Shown here: one piece after another, positions 1 to 7,629 of the stretch
How positions within the stretch are numbered: the first letter of the stretch is position 1
How the letters are laid out: each line of letters starts with the position of its first letter
Virus record (IMG/VR): IMGVR_UViG_2061766007_000905
Strand: one strand, 5' to 3'
Source of the DNA: an uncultured virus (IMG/VR IMGVR_UViG_2061766007_000905)
Lineage: Duplodnaviria; Heunggongvirae; Uroviricota; Caudoviricetes
DNA: 64,000 nt
Translations under genes and position numbers: made by a program
Notes under the pieces: model-generated
What the model was told of the DNA's origin: nothing
What the model saw: only the letters and a program-made list of their open reading frames with translations
The model's database searches: none

Positions 1-56
1 ATCTTTCGATAACGGATTAACAGTCCGCCCCCTGCTACCAACTCGGGTACACTAGA
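1..56 (-). tRNA. tRNA-Asn(GTT), 3' part outside window; Tyr-like D arm and long variable arm
   Basis: TCTAGTG TA CCC GAGTTGGTAGCA GGG G GCGGA CT GTT AA TCCGT TATCGAAAGAT. Confidence 0.8.
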
Positions 57-58
57 AT

Positions 59-97
59 AAAAAGAAATCCTGTAAGTTTCAAAGGTCTTACAGGATT
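59..97 (-). terminator. Attenuator terminator immediately 5' of tRNA-Asn
   Basis: AATCCTGTAAG-10nt-CTTACAGGATT then TCTTTTT. Confidence 0.85.
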
Positions 98-130
98 CAG
101 TTTAAAAATTCATCTAGTTATGAAACAAAA

Positions 131-196
131 CTAATCCTGTAGCACCTCAGGGTTATTATTAGGGTTGGTATTATTTGTGTTCATAACGAAAGTCAT
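131..196 (-). CDS. Asn-rich leader peptide MTFVMNTNNTNPNNNPEVLQD
   Basis: 21 aa, 7 Asn; 3' end TACAGGATT complementary to terminator 5' arm. Confidence 0.8.
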   Translation of the reverse strand: MTFVMNTNNTNPNNNPEVLQD

Positions 197-254
197 TTTT
201 ATTTTCTCACTGTTTTATTTATGTTTTTGTTTTTGTCTTTTTTGTTAAACTTTA

Positions 255-341
255 GGCGAGAAGTAATACTAAGGATTTGAACCTTATCCCTTCTTATCCG
301 AAGATAATACTAGGATAACCAAAATAGGAACTTCATATGCC
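255..341 (-). ncRNA. GTTCCTAT-helix ncRNA copy with UUCG hairpin and T-arm cargo
   Basis: GGC ATA TGAAGT TCCTAT ... TAAGG TTCAAAT CCTTA ... TT ACTTCT C GCC. Confidence 0.7.
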
Positions 342-348
342 AATTTAA

Positions 349-463
349 GCGGAAAGGCTGGACTCGAACCAACAACCCAAAGTTCCCCATTAATAGGAAC
401 AACCTTTGCGTGTAGCGGGTAGTAAAAATATTACTTTTGCTCTACCATTGAGCTACTTTCCGC
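349..463 (-). ncRNA. tRNA body whose anticodon loop is replaced by a permuted GTTCCTAT helix
   Basis: GCGGAAA/TTTCCGC acceptor, D and T arms; insert TTACTACCCGC TACAC GCAAAGGTTGTTCCTAT. Confidence 0.7.
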
Positions 464-474
464 ATGTAAATTTT

Positions 475-591
475 ATAGCGGGTAGTAACTTCTGGTAAGC
501 GTAACTGGACTCGAACCAACAACCTCCGACCATAAGGCCGACGCTCCGCCAATTGAGCTACACGCTTGGTGATAGGAACTACCTATGCTAT
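475..591 (-). ncRNA. GTTCCTAT-helix ncRNA enclosing a tRNA mimic with a shortened anticodon loop
   Basis: TAGC ATA GGTAGT TCCTAT [AAGCGTG...TACGCTT ACCA] TT ACTACC C GCTA. Confidence 0.75.
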
Positions 592-595
592 TTTA

Positions 596-671
596 TCTCC
601 CCTCTTGGATTTGAACCAAGGTTATTTCTGTTTGTAAGACAGATGCCATAAACCAGCTAGGCGAAGGAGAG
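596..671 (-). tRNA. tRNA-Val(TAC)
   Basis: cloverleaf, TCTGT CT TAC AA ACAGA. Confidence 0.85.
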
Positions 672-759
672 TTATGACCACTTTGTACAGTCATAGGTCG
701 TGGTCAATCCCTATGTAACGGCCTACTTTTTACTTCCCGTAGGCTGGCTTTTAAAAGTT

Positions 760-820
760 CGGCGGGAAGTAAACTTTGATAACCCATTCATCTTTATAAA
801 AATAGGAACTTCCTATGCCG
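760..820 (-). ncRNA. Minimal GTTCCTAT-helix ncRNA copy
   Basis: CGGC ATA GGAAGT TCCTAT ... TT ACTTCC C GCCG. Confidence 0.7.
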
Positions 821-931
821 TAAATTCAAAGAGGTGCGACTCTAATGGCTCCAGTCCGGAATGAAACCTGTTTAGCTAACCCAGATTTCAAACGATGTTC
901 GCCGAACATCTTCTCACCGTATTTCTTAACC

Positions 932-1002
932 CGCTGACGGAGGAATCGAACCCCGACTGCTTCATTTGCAACTTCCACAGCTTTTAAAGAAGAAGCGCCA
1001 GC
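932..1002 (-). pseudogene. Degenerate tRNA-like element
   Basis: GCTGGCG/CGTCAGC acceptor and GGGG TTCGATT CCTC T arm; no proper D arm. Confidence 0.4.
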
Positions 1003-1064
1003 TTATCGAACATAATAGAGTTTGCAACCACTATCATATCCTATCTTCACATCCCGGAAACTAG

Positions 1065-1111
1065 TAGCGGGTCCTGGACTCGAACCAGGGACTTCAAGGT
1101 TATGAGCCTTG
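1065..1111 (-). tRNA. tRNA-Met(CAT), initiator-like, 5' half in N gap
   Basis: CAAGG CT CAT AA CCTTG AAGTC CCTGG TTCGAGT CCAGG ACCCGCT A. Confidence 0.8.
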
Positions 1112-1278
1112 NNNNNNNNNNNNNNNNNNNNNNNNNNNNNNNNNNNNNNNNNNNNNNNNNNNNNNNNNNNNNNNNNNNNNTTTCTTGGAAACAAGTCGTC
1201 ATGTTCAATCCTTTCTAGTACGGCATGATATAAAGATGCAGGGAAACAAAACATCTATAAAAAGTTTGCGGTAGGCCA

Positions 1279-1351
1279 CAGGGTGTAGGCTAGTTGGTCA
1301 GTCACATGATTTGGGGTCATGGTCACGCAGGTTCGAATCCTGTCACCCTGA
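1279..1351 (+). tRNA. tRNA-Pro(TGG)
   Basis: CAGGGTG/CACCCTG, CATGA TT TGG GG TCATG. Confidence 0.9.
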
Positions 1352-1388
1352 TAGCAACCGAGCACACTACCAAATTTATAAATATGTT

Positions 1389-2042
1389 ATGGAAGAATAT
1401 ATTTGTAAATTTTGTAGGAAACCTTGTAAAAATTTGAATTCTTTACGTAATCATGAAAGACTATGTAAAAAGAATCCAAATAGACAAGAATCGTCATTTG
1501 TTAAATATAATGCAGAGCGTGAAACTGTATGGAATAAAGGTCTTACAAAAGAAACGGATGCAAGAGTTAAACAAATGGCAGAAACAATGAGTCGTGAAAT
1601 ACAAGCTGGTATAATTCATAATTATGACCATCAAAAAGTATGGACCGATGAATTACGTAAACGTCAATCTGAACAGAAAAAGGAATATTATAAAACACAT
1701 CCAGATAAACATCCAAATGTATTAGTTGCTGGAACTCTTGGAAAAATGACATATCCAGAAAAACTAACAGCCGAATATTTATCAGAACATAATATTGAGG
1801 CAAAACATAATTGGTATTTTAAAACAGATAAATTTACTAGATATATAGATTTTTACATTGAAAAATATAAATTGTTTATTGAAGTTGATGGCGAATATTG
1901 GCATAAAGATAAAGAAAAAGATATTAATAAAGATAAAGATGCATTAGCTAATGGTTATATCACATTAAGATTAAATCCAAAAACGGTTATAATACAATTA
2001 GAAGAATATTTTAAAAATATAAGTGCACAGGAGACACACTAG
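1389..2042 (+). CDS. Free-standing homing endonuclease, Zn-finger + Vsr/DUF559-like nuclease
   Basis: CxxC..HxxxC, WNKGLTKET, IDFYI..IEVDGEYWH; start moved to ATG 1389 after TATAAATA. Confidence 0.8.
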   Translation: MEEYICKFCRKPCKNLNSLRNHERLCKKNPNRQESSFVKYNAERETVWNKGLTKETDARVKQMAETMSREIQAGIIHNYDHQKVWTDELRKRQSEQKKEYYKTHPDKHPNVLVAGTLGKMTYPEKLTAEYLSEHNIEAKHNWYFKTDKFTRYIDFYIEKYKLFIEVDGEYWHKDKEKDINKDKDALANGYITLRLNPKTVIIQLEEYFKNISAQETH

Positions 2043-2104
2043 CTTCGGGAGCTAGAGAAGTTATATCCAGACGGAGGTCGGATAGATGGTGGAATTGTGA
2101 TAAT

Positions 2105-2177
2105 CAGAATGTAGCTCAGCTGGCAGAGCGCACCGTTCGGGGCGGTGAGGTCGGAGGATCATAACCTCTCATTCTGA
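2105..2177 (+). tRNA. tRNA-Pro(CGG), non-canonical T loop ATCATAA
   Basis: CAGAATG/CATTCTG, CACCG TT CGG GG CGGTG. Confidence 0.85.
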
Positions 2178-2185
2178 CGAAAAAT

Positions 2186-2241
2186 CGGCATAGGTCGTTC
2201 CTATTTAGCTCAAGTTAGAGCGTTTGATTGCTAATCAAAAG
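2186..2241 (+). ncRNA. GTTCCTAT-helix ncRNA copy with D arm and GCT anticodon arm, truncated by gap
   Basis: CGGC ATA GGTCGT TCCTAT TTA GCTC AAGTTA GAGC G TTTGA TT GCT AA TCAAA. Confidence 0.6.
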
Positions 2242-2251
2242 NNNNNNNNNN

Positions 2252-2383
2252 CAAAAGCTACTGTTACTGGAGGTCTTTGATTATACCAGCTCTTACTGTA
2301 ACTGATCTTACGTGTTACACCCGGTTTAGCACTATAAAGAGTCTGCAGCTTCTAAATAACGCCTAACAGTATTAGTTTTTTTC
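2252..2383 (-). ncRNA. Putative rod-like ncRNA with its own promoter
   Basis: promoter TTGACA-N17-TATATT at ~2391-2419 (-); nested stems TACTGTTA/TAACAGTA, CTCTT/AAGAG, TGTAAC/GTTACA. Confidence 0.4.
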
Positions 2384-2421
2384 GTTGACAAATATAATAA
2401 TTTTTATTCTATTTGTCAACC

Positions 2422-3078
2422 CTAATTATAAATCTTTTCACACACTTTATCTAACCAGTCATCCCCATATTTTTCAGTCATATAATTTATTTCTTTTGAA
2501 ACATCTTTAATGACTACTAGGTTATTTACTGATTGATATTTTGCTTGACATTTCTCATCTTCATAACCTTTAATTTCTATATAGTTACTACCGTCGAAAA
2601 AATCTGGCAAATATCTATGTGTTTTATTTTGGTATTCATAAAGAAATTCTTTAGTATTACGCTCTAGCTTATTACCGTTTTCTTTATTATAAAACCAATA
2701 TGCTACTTCCCAAGAACTATCAAAAAAGATTCCGTCTGCTATACATTTTTTACCATGACCAGATTTATGAATTCTATGACCACCTACATTTTTACCTTCA
2801 GCTTTAGCTTTATGTATTCCTTCAATTAGCTTCTGCTTATGTTCTTCAGTCATTGGACCATGCAAAACTCCTAATTTTGTTTTTGCTTGTTTTTCTGCTT
2901 GATTTTTAACAATATTAGATGTCTCTTTTGTTAATCCTTTATTCCAAGCAGTATGTCCAATTGTATGTGATACATAGTTTCTATCCGGATTATGCGGACA
3001 TAATCTTTCATGATTTCTATGTGAATTCGCATTTTTACAAGTTTTCTGACACCATTTACAAATATAACATATTTCCAT
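2422..3078 (-). CDS. Free-standing homing endonuclease, Zn-finger + PD-(D/E)XK nuclease
   Basis: same N-terminus as 1389 ORF; FDSSWE..YLPDF..IEIKGY. Confidence 0.8.
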   Translation of the reverse strand: MEICYICKWCQKTCKNANSHRNHERLCPHNPDRNYVSHTIGHTAWNKGLTKETSNIVKNQAEKQAKTKLGVLHGPMTEEHKQKLIEGIHKAKAEGKNVGGHRIHKSGHGKKCIADGIFFDSSWEVAYWFYNKENGNKLERNTKEFLYEYQNKTHRYLPDFFDGSNYIEIKGYEDEKCQAKYQSVNNLVVIKDVSKEINYMTEKYGDDWLDKVCEKIYN

Positions 3079-3121
3079 ATCATATTTATAATTTGGTAGA
3101 GCAGTTAACTTGATTTTTTAG

Positions 3122-3202
3122 AGCCGGAGAGAGGATTCGAACCTCCGTAGCTTGCGCGCTTGATTACAAATCAAGTCCTATTAACCACTCAGGCACTCCG
3201 GC
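3122..3202 (-). tRNA. tRNA-Thr(TGT) with extended variable region
   Basis: GCCGGAG/CTCCGGC, CTTGA TT TGT AA TCAAG CGCGCAAGCT. Confidence 0.85.
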
Positions 3203-3505
3203 AAAATGTAATTATGTTTGTCAAACTTAATTCGTTAGTTCATGTAAGCGATAGATCTTATAAATCGCATAATACACTCGCTAACAAATAATTCGCTTCA
3301 ATTACAAAGCGTTACGTTATTTCCGTACTTTCATAACCAGGTAACGAACCTCCTGCGCCCAAGTTTCATAGATTTCTCTATACACCGCGTTGGAACTCAT
3401 GTTTCCTTTTGGACAACTGGCGGAATATTTCCAGAGTTTTACTTTCGGAACAAGTAAGTAAGCAACTTGGAGGGTCACATTGCTATCGGCCCACAGGGTG
3501 ATTTC

Positions 3506-3579
3506 TCGGAGTAGCGAGATTCGGACTCACGGCCTCCTGATCCCAAATCAGGCGCTCCACCAGGCTGAGCTATACTCCG
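3506..3579 (-). tRNA. tRNA-Pro(TGG)
   Basis: CGGAGTA/TACTCCG, CCTGA TT TGG GA TCAGG. Confidence 0.9.
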
Positions 3580-3784
3580 CAAGTTTTTTAGGTGGTTCCG
3601 CCACCACTGGACTACCAGCATAACGTTTATTAAACTCAGCAAAGCAGTTAACGTTGTTCGCTATGTCTTTCGAATTTTAGCTACATTAACCGGTTGGCGC
3701 CACAAGTTTGGTGATCAACTCCAATGAGGGCACGTTGACGTTGGTGTTAACGCTTTGCTTATCTTGCAAGATAGAAATTTTTAG

Positions 3785-3897
3785 TAGGCCGGCGTCGGAT
3801 CGAACGACCCCTAGTTTCTCCACCTAAACTCCATGTTTTCTCGCGACCTAGCATGAAGGTTTGTTAGTGTTCTGTTACCCATTTGAACTATGGCCCA
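3785..3897 (-). ncRNA. tRNA-like RNA with ~55-nt insert replacing anticodon arm
   Basis: GGGCCA TA GTTC..GAAC D arm, GTCG TTCGATC CGAC T arm, CTTCATG/CATGGAG insert stem. Confidence 0.5.
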
Positions 3898-3905
3898 TAT
3901 TTTAG

Positions 3906-3988
3906 TCGCAGAGGATGGATTCGAACCATCGCGTGCTTTCGCATCGGGATTATGAGCCCCGTGACATCGTCCACTAGTCGACCCTGCA
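3906..3988 (-). tRNA. tRNA-Met(CAT) with long variable arm
   Basis: CGGGG CT CAT AA TCCCG A TGC GAAA GCA CGC GATGG TTCGAAT CCATC. Confidence 0.8.
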
Positions 3989-4017
3989 TCAAAATTTAAG
4001 ACTAATATAGTCTTTAG

Positions 4018-4332
4018 CTGTCCTTCCTGGACTCGAACCAGGGACCAAGCGATTCATACTACTATAACTTTCGTTACCAAGCATCCTCATGGGTGTTAAG
4101 CCCCCCACCGCACAAATTGGACACTCGTTTTGTAGTCCGGGCTTTGTCTTTACCATATTCTTTCGAACTTAGGTACTTCGTGTAAAGTCTCTACACACGG
4201 ATTATTTCTAATCCTTGCTCGGCGTTGCCATTTTACAGGTTTCACCGACTTAGCGAAGTTTGCATCTATACGTTTCCATACAGAGAATCTATTTTAAACA
4301 GTCGCTCGCTCTACCAACTGAGCTAAAGGACA
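4018..4332 (-). tRNA. tRNA-Asn(GTT) interrupted by an intron
   Basis: exons 4332-4297 and 4054-4018 join to AGCGA CT GTT AA TCGCT; TGTCCTT/AAGGACA acceptor. Confidence 0.9.
4055..4296 (-). mobile_element. Group I self-splicing intron (242 nt) after anticodon position 36
   Basis: 5' exon ends in U, intron ends in G; core-like segments GTCGGTGAAACC, GGCAACGCCGAGCAAG, GTAGAGACT, AAGACAAAGCCCG. Confidence 0.8.
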
Positions 4333-4344
4333 AAAAGGAGAATT

Positions 4345-4378
4345 AAAAAATCCTGTTGAGCTTGTCTCATACAGGATT
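4345..4378 (-). terminator. Attenuator terminator upstream of Asn/Met/Pro/Thr tRNA cluster
   Basis: AATCCTGT(A)TGAG acaag CTCA ACAGGATT TTTT. Confidence 0.8.
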
Positions 4379-4404
4379 CAAATGAAATCATGTAATGAAA
4401 CAAA

Positions 4405-4467
4405 CTAATCGAAAGTTACCTTTGGATTATTGACTGGTGTCATGTTTGTTGTTATTACTAATTGCAT
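4405..4467 (-). CDS. Leader peptide MQLVITTNMTPVNNPKVTFD
   Basis: RBS GAGGA; same layout as 131-196 leader (GAT TAG ttt gtttcat). Confidence 0.75.
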   Translation of the reverse strand: MQLVITTNMTPVNNPKVTFD

Positions 4468-4757
4468 TTTTATCCTCGTTTTATATTATATATAACGATA
4501 ATTTTTTAATTTTCGTTTTTTCGTTGATTTAAATATAGTAATTTATTTTTATTTTGTAAACCCTATTTTTAAAGTGATCTTGAAGGAATACCGATTCGTC
4601 ACCTTCATATAGACCCAGACTCTGGAAGGAATATCCAGACTCAACCCGTTACCACCGTGTCTATTTCATTTTATTGATCGTCTAGCAGACACTTTCTTTC
4701 AATCAACGTTATATAATATAGAATTTTTATTGTGTTTTGTAAACCCTAAAAATTTTT

Positions 4758-4988
4758 TTACTGAACATTAGTCAATTGAAGCGTAGTATCAGCTACCTGA
4801 AGATTTTCCGGCAAACGGACGACCAAGTTCTTTGAATAATCAACCGGAATCGGATTTGCCATATAGACATTAATTCCTTCAATCGTATTTACCTTTTTAA
4901 GTTCCTTATACGAAACCGTAGAATAGGTAACGCCGGCGATTGCAATGACAGAAGCGACCGCAAACGTAATCTTAAGATATTGCTTCAT
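4758..4988 (-). CDS. Small membrane-anchored hypothetical protein
   Basis: own promoter and RBS; N-terminal hydrophobic helix. Confidence 0.6.
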   Translation of the reverse strand: MKQYLKITFAVASVIAIAGVTYSTVSYKELKKVNTIEGINVYMANPIPVDYSKNLVVRLPENLQVADTTLQLTNVQ

Positions 4989-5097
4989 TTTGACTTCCTT
5001 TGTTTTATTTGTTTTAACGATGTTAATATAATAAATTATTCTCGTCTTGTAAACCCCTTAACTAATATAAATAATATATAAAATTTAAGGAGAAACT

Positions 5098-5406
5098 ATG
5101 AATTTAAAAGAAGCAAAAGAACAATTAGAGAAAAATGGCTATAAAATTCAAAAATTGAATGAATGTGGCAGCAGTGGTTGCGGCGGCGGAAGTGATGATT
5201 ATTCTACAGTATCAACCACAGCGCGTAAATCTCGATATAGCACATTAGAAAAACATCCATATTCCTTGCTTACCGCATTATGCAACATATATGATAAATT
5301 TGATGCATTATCAAATGATAACAAACACAAAGTGCTTAGAAAATGCTTGAATTTCTTAGATAATGATGATTTATTAGATTTTGAAAAATGGCTTAATACT
5401 CTTTAA
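5098..5406 (+). CDS. Late protein with putative capsid-targeting leader and CGSSGCG motif
   Basis: TATAAATA at 5066, AAGGAG RBS, MNLKEAKEQLEKNGY..LNE-CGSSGCGGGSDDY. Confidence 0.7.
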   Translation: MNLKEAKEQLEKNGYKIQKLNECGSSGCGGGSDDYSTVSTTARKSRYSTLEKHPYSLLTALCNIYDKFDALSNDNKHKVLRKCLNFLDNDDLLDFEKWLNTL

Positions 5407-5455
5407 ATTAAAAACTGGACTAAAAATCCAGTTTTTAAATTCTTTTAATTTCACA

Positions 5456-5653
5456 TTAACCACAACTACTATAATGGCCGCAATAATCTCTTACAACTCT
5501 GCCACAGCCAATATAGACAGTTCTCGGTTCTGAGCCGCAACCAGTATACATTGTTCTTCCGCAACCAATATAAACATAATCATCAGAAGAACCGCAAAGA
5601 TTAAATTGCGGGATTTGACTATGTTTCATTTTAATATTTTTCAATAAAATCAT
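5456..5653 (-). CDS. Cys-rich YxGCG-repeat peptide, putative RiPP precursor
   Basis: six CG motifs (YIGCG, YTGCG, YIGCG, DYCG, YSSCG, LCG); starts 2 nt after radical SAM stop. Confidence 0.7.
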   Translation of the reverse strand: MILLKNIKMKHSQIPQFNLCGSSDDYVYIGCGRTMYTGCGSEPRTVYIGCGRVVRDYCGHYSSCG

Positions 5654-5655
5654 TT

Positions 5656-6537
5656 TTATCCTTCAATATGATCTTCTAATTTTTCACCGTTCTTTTCAAG
5701 CAGCCATTTAATAAATTCTACATCATTTGCATATTCAGAAACATCATCGTCTAATATATATTCACCGAATACCCATCTTTCAAATTCACTGTCTTGAACG
5801 AAATCCCAATCATCATAAATCATTCCGTCAATAGTAATAAGAACATCATTTACATATCGTCTATTACCATACTTGACAAGAGAATGTTCTATTCCTCTAT
5901 GATAGCTAATTTTAAAGTCATCGTTATAAAATTGGTCATCGTTACAGACCATACAACCGCCAGAAACAGTGTAATCATATTTCATGATTAACTTTTCAAA
6001 TACTTCATCACGGTTCTTAAGATTGTCCTTAGTAATATTTCTATAATCAGCTCTAATACAGATATCAAGATTTTTCATACCTTTTAACGGCTGAATAAAT
6101 GCGTCAAATACATCTACATCAAAAGTTTCAGATAATACGACGTTCAATTTAATGAATTTCGTAATCTTCTTGAAATCTTCCATTGGCAAAATCGGTTCAT
6201 AAAATTTCTGGTGCATATGACGAGAGATATTGACACGCGCAATCTTGCTATTGTTTACGAAATCAATTCTTTTCTGAACATCGCCTTCCAATGGGAATGT
6301 AGTATTAACGAAGCATGGTTTCTCCATAGCATCGAGTAATATCTGACACTTTTCAATATCAGCTAACGGTTCACCGCCAGTTAATACAAATTCAGTGATT
6401 AATGGATTCTGATTAATCTTTTTAATCTGTGCTAGAATAGCATCCATATCACATGTTCTTTCTTTATACATGTGTTTGGATGTACAAAATTTACAATGGT
6501 TATGACAATCCCATGGAACAAAAATTGTGCAGCTAAG
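5656..6537 (-). CDS. Radical SAM enzyme (5' end in gap)
   Basis: in-frame extension LSCTIFVPWDCHNHCKFCTSK gives CxxxCxxC; FVLTGGEPL; extra CMVC. Confidence 0.9.
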   Translation of the reverse strand, partial: LSCTIFVPWDCHNHCKFCTSKHMYKERTCDMDAILAQIKKINQNPLITEFVLTGGEPLADIEKCQILLDAMEKPCFVNTTFPLEGDVQKRIDFVNNSKIARVNISRHMHQKFYEPILPMEDFKKITKFIKLNVVLSETFDVDVFDAFIQPLKGMKNLDICIRADYRNITKDNLKNRDEVFEKLIMKYDYTVSGGCMVCNDDQFYNDDFKISYHRGIEHSLVKYGNRRYVNDVLITIDGMIYDDWDFVQDSEFERWVFGEYILDDDVSEYANDVEFIKWLLEKNGEKLEDHIEG

Positions 6538-6586
6538 NNNNNNNNNNAAGACTGGTTGGATTCCAGTTGGATCCTTAAGAAATCAT

Positions 6587-6659
6587 GGTTCTATCGTCTA
6601 GAGGCCCAGGACAGTCGGTTCTCAGCCGTCTTACTTCAGTTCGAATCTGAATAGAACTA
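6587..6659 (+). tRNA. tRNA-Glu(CTC)
   Basis: GGTTCTA/TAGAACT, GTCGG TT CTC AG CCGTC. Confidence 0.85.
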
Positions 6660-6683
6660 CTATTCCATTAAAGGAAGTATTAT

Positions 6684-7010
6684 ATGATAACAGTGACACA
6701 AATCAACGATTTAAGAAAAGAAACCCAGGTAAGTATGCTTCTCTGTAAGCAAGCTCTTGAAGCAACAGGCGGTGATTTTGATGCAGCAAAAAAGTGGCTT
6801 CGTGAACAAGGTAAAGAAGTTACTGGTGATTCATCAGTTTTTGGTTATACCGTAATTGAGAATGCAATAGTATCAAATCAAGGTTCAGATAATAAATTTA
6901 TCTATTCTGACGGACATACATGTATAGATATTCGTGGATTTGGCGGTTTTTCTCCATATACTGTTTGGGGAAATACAAATACTCAGCTGATTTTAAATCC
7001 GGTAAAATAA
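6684..7010 (+). CDS. EF-Ts N-terminal (UBA-like) domain protein
   Basis: INDLRKETQVSMLLCKQALEATGGDFDAAKKWLREQG resembles EF-Ts N-terminus. Confidence 0.8.
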   Translation: MITVTQINDLRKETQVSMLLCKQALEATGGDFDAAKKWLREQGKEVTGDSSVFGYTVIENAIVSNQGSDNKFIYSDGHTCIDIRGFGGFSPYTVWGNTNTQLILNPVK

Positions 7011-7061
7011 TAAAAAGGATTGACTGATGTCAATCCTTATTTAATATATGCTTTATAATTA

Positions 7062-7508
7062 TTATAGAGCTTCTACATCATTAGTAACCATTTCGCGAAT
7101 ACGACGCAAAGAACCTTCTTCGTCATCTTCGTCATAAAATTCAAGTCCAGTTTCGCCAGAATATTCTATCAATGGATTTTCAATAAGAGTAATCAATTCT
7201 TTAACATATGGTGTATCGGCAATATCTATCTTTCCGATTTCTTTAAAATGTTTAGCTGTACTATCGTCTACTTCTATTACACCGCAAAACCAAATATCAT
7301 CTGGGCCAGCTTCAAACCAATCGGTTATCGCATTAATAATATCTTGTTTATTTTGTGATACTGCATAAATATATGCTGTTTCCGGGTTATTATGCGCACG
7401 GTCGCCATAAATGCTATAACATACGAAATTACGGTTTCCGGCTGCATCTTCTTTAATTAGCTTATAGCCAGCTGATTTAAGAGTTTTTAAAGCTTCAGTT
7501 AGATTCAT
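7062..7508 (-). CDS. Late protein with putative capsid-targeting leader
   Basis: TATAAATA at 7533-7540; MNLTEALKTLKSAGYKLIKE. Confidence 0.65.
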   Translation of the reverse strand: MNLTEALKTLKSAGYKLIKEDAAGNRNFVCYSIYGDRAHNNPETAYIYAVSQNKQDIINAITDWFEAGPDDIWFCGVIEVDDSTAKHFKEIGKIDIADTPYVKELITLIENPLIEYSGETGLEFYDEDDEEGSLRRIREMVTNDVEAL

Positions 7509-7629
7509 TTAATATTCTCCTTATATTTTATATATTTATAAAAATCATTTATATCAAATAAAAAATTTATTTTAGGGGTTTACAAAAGGAAAAAACTTTA
7601 CTATATTTAACAACGTTAAAACACAAGAG

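Noticed and set aside
760..820. GAAGTTCCTAT matches the FRT (Flp target) arm
   Set aside because: No inverted partner around an 8-bp spacer; other copies vary in this part with compensatory pairing, consistent with an RNA helix.
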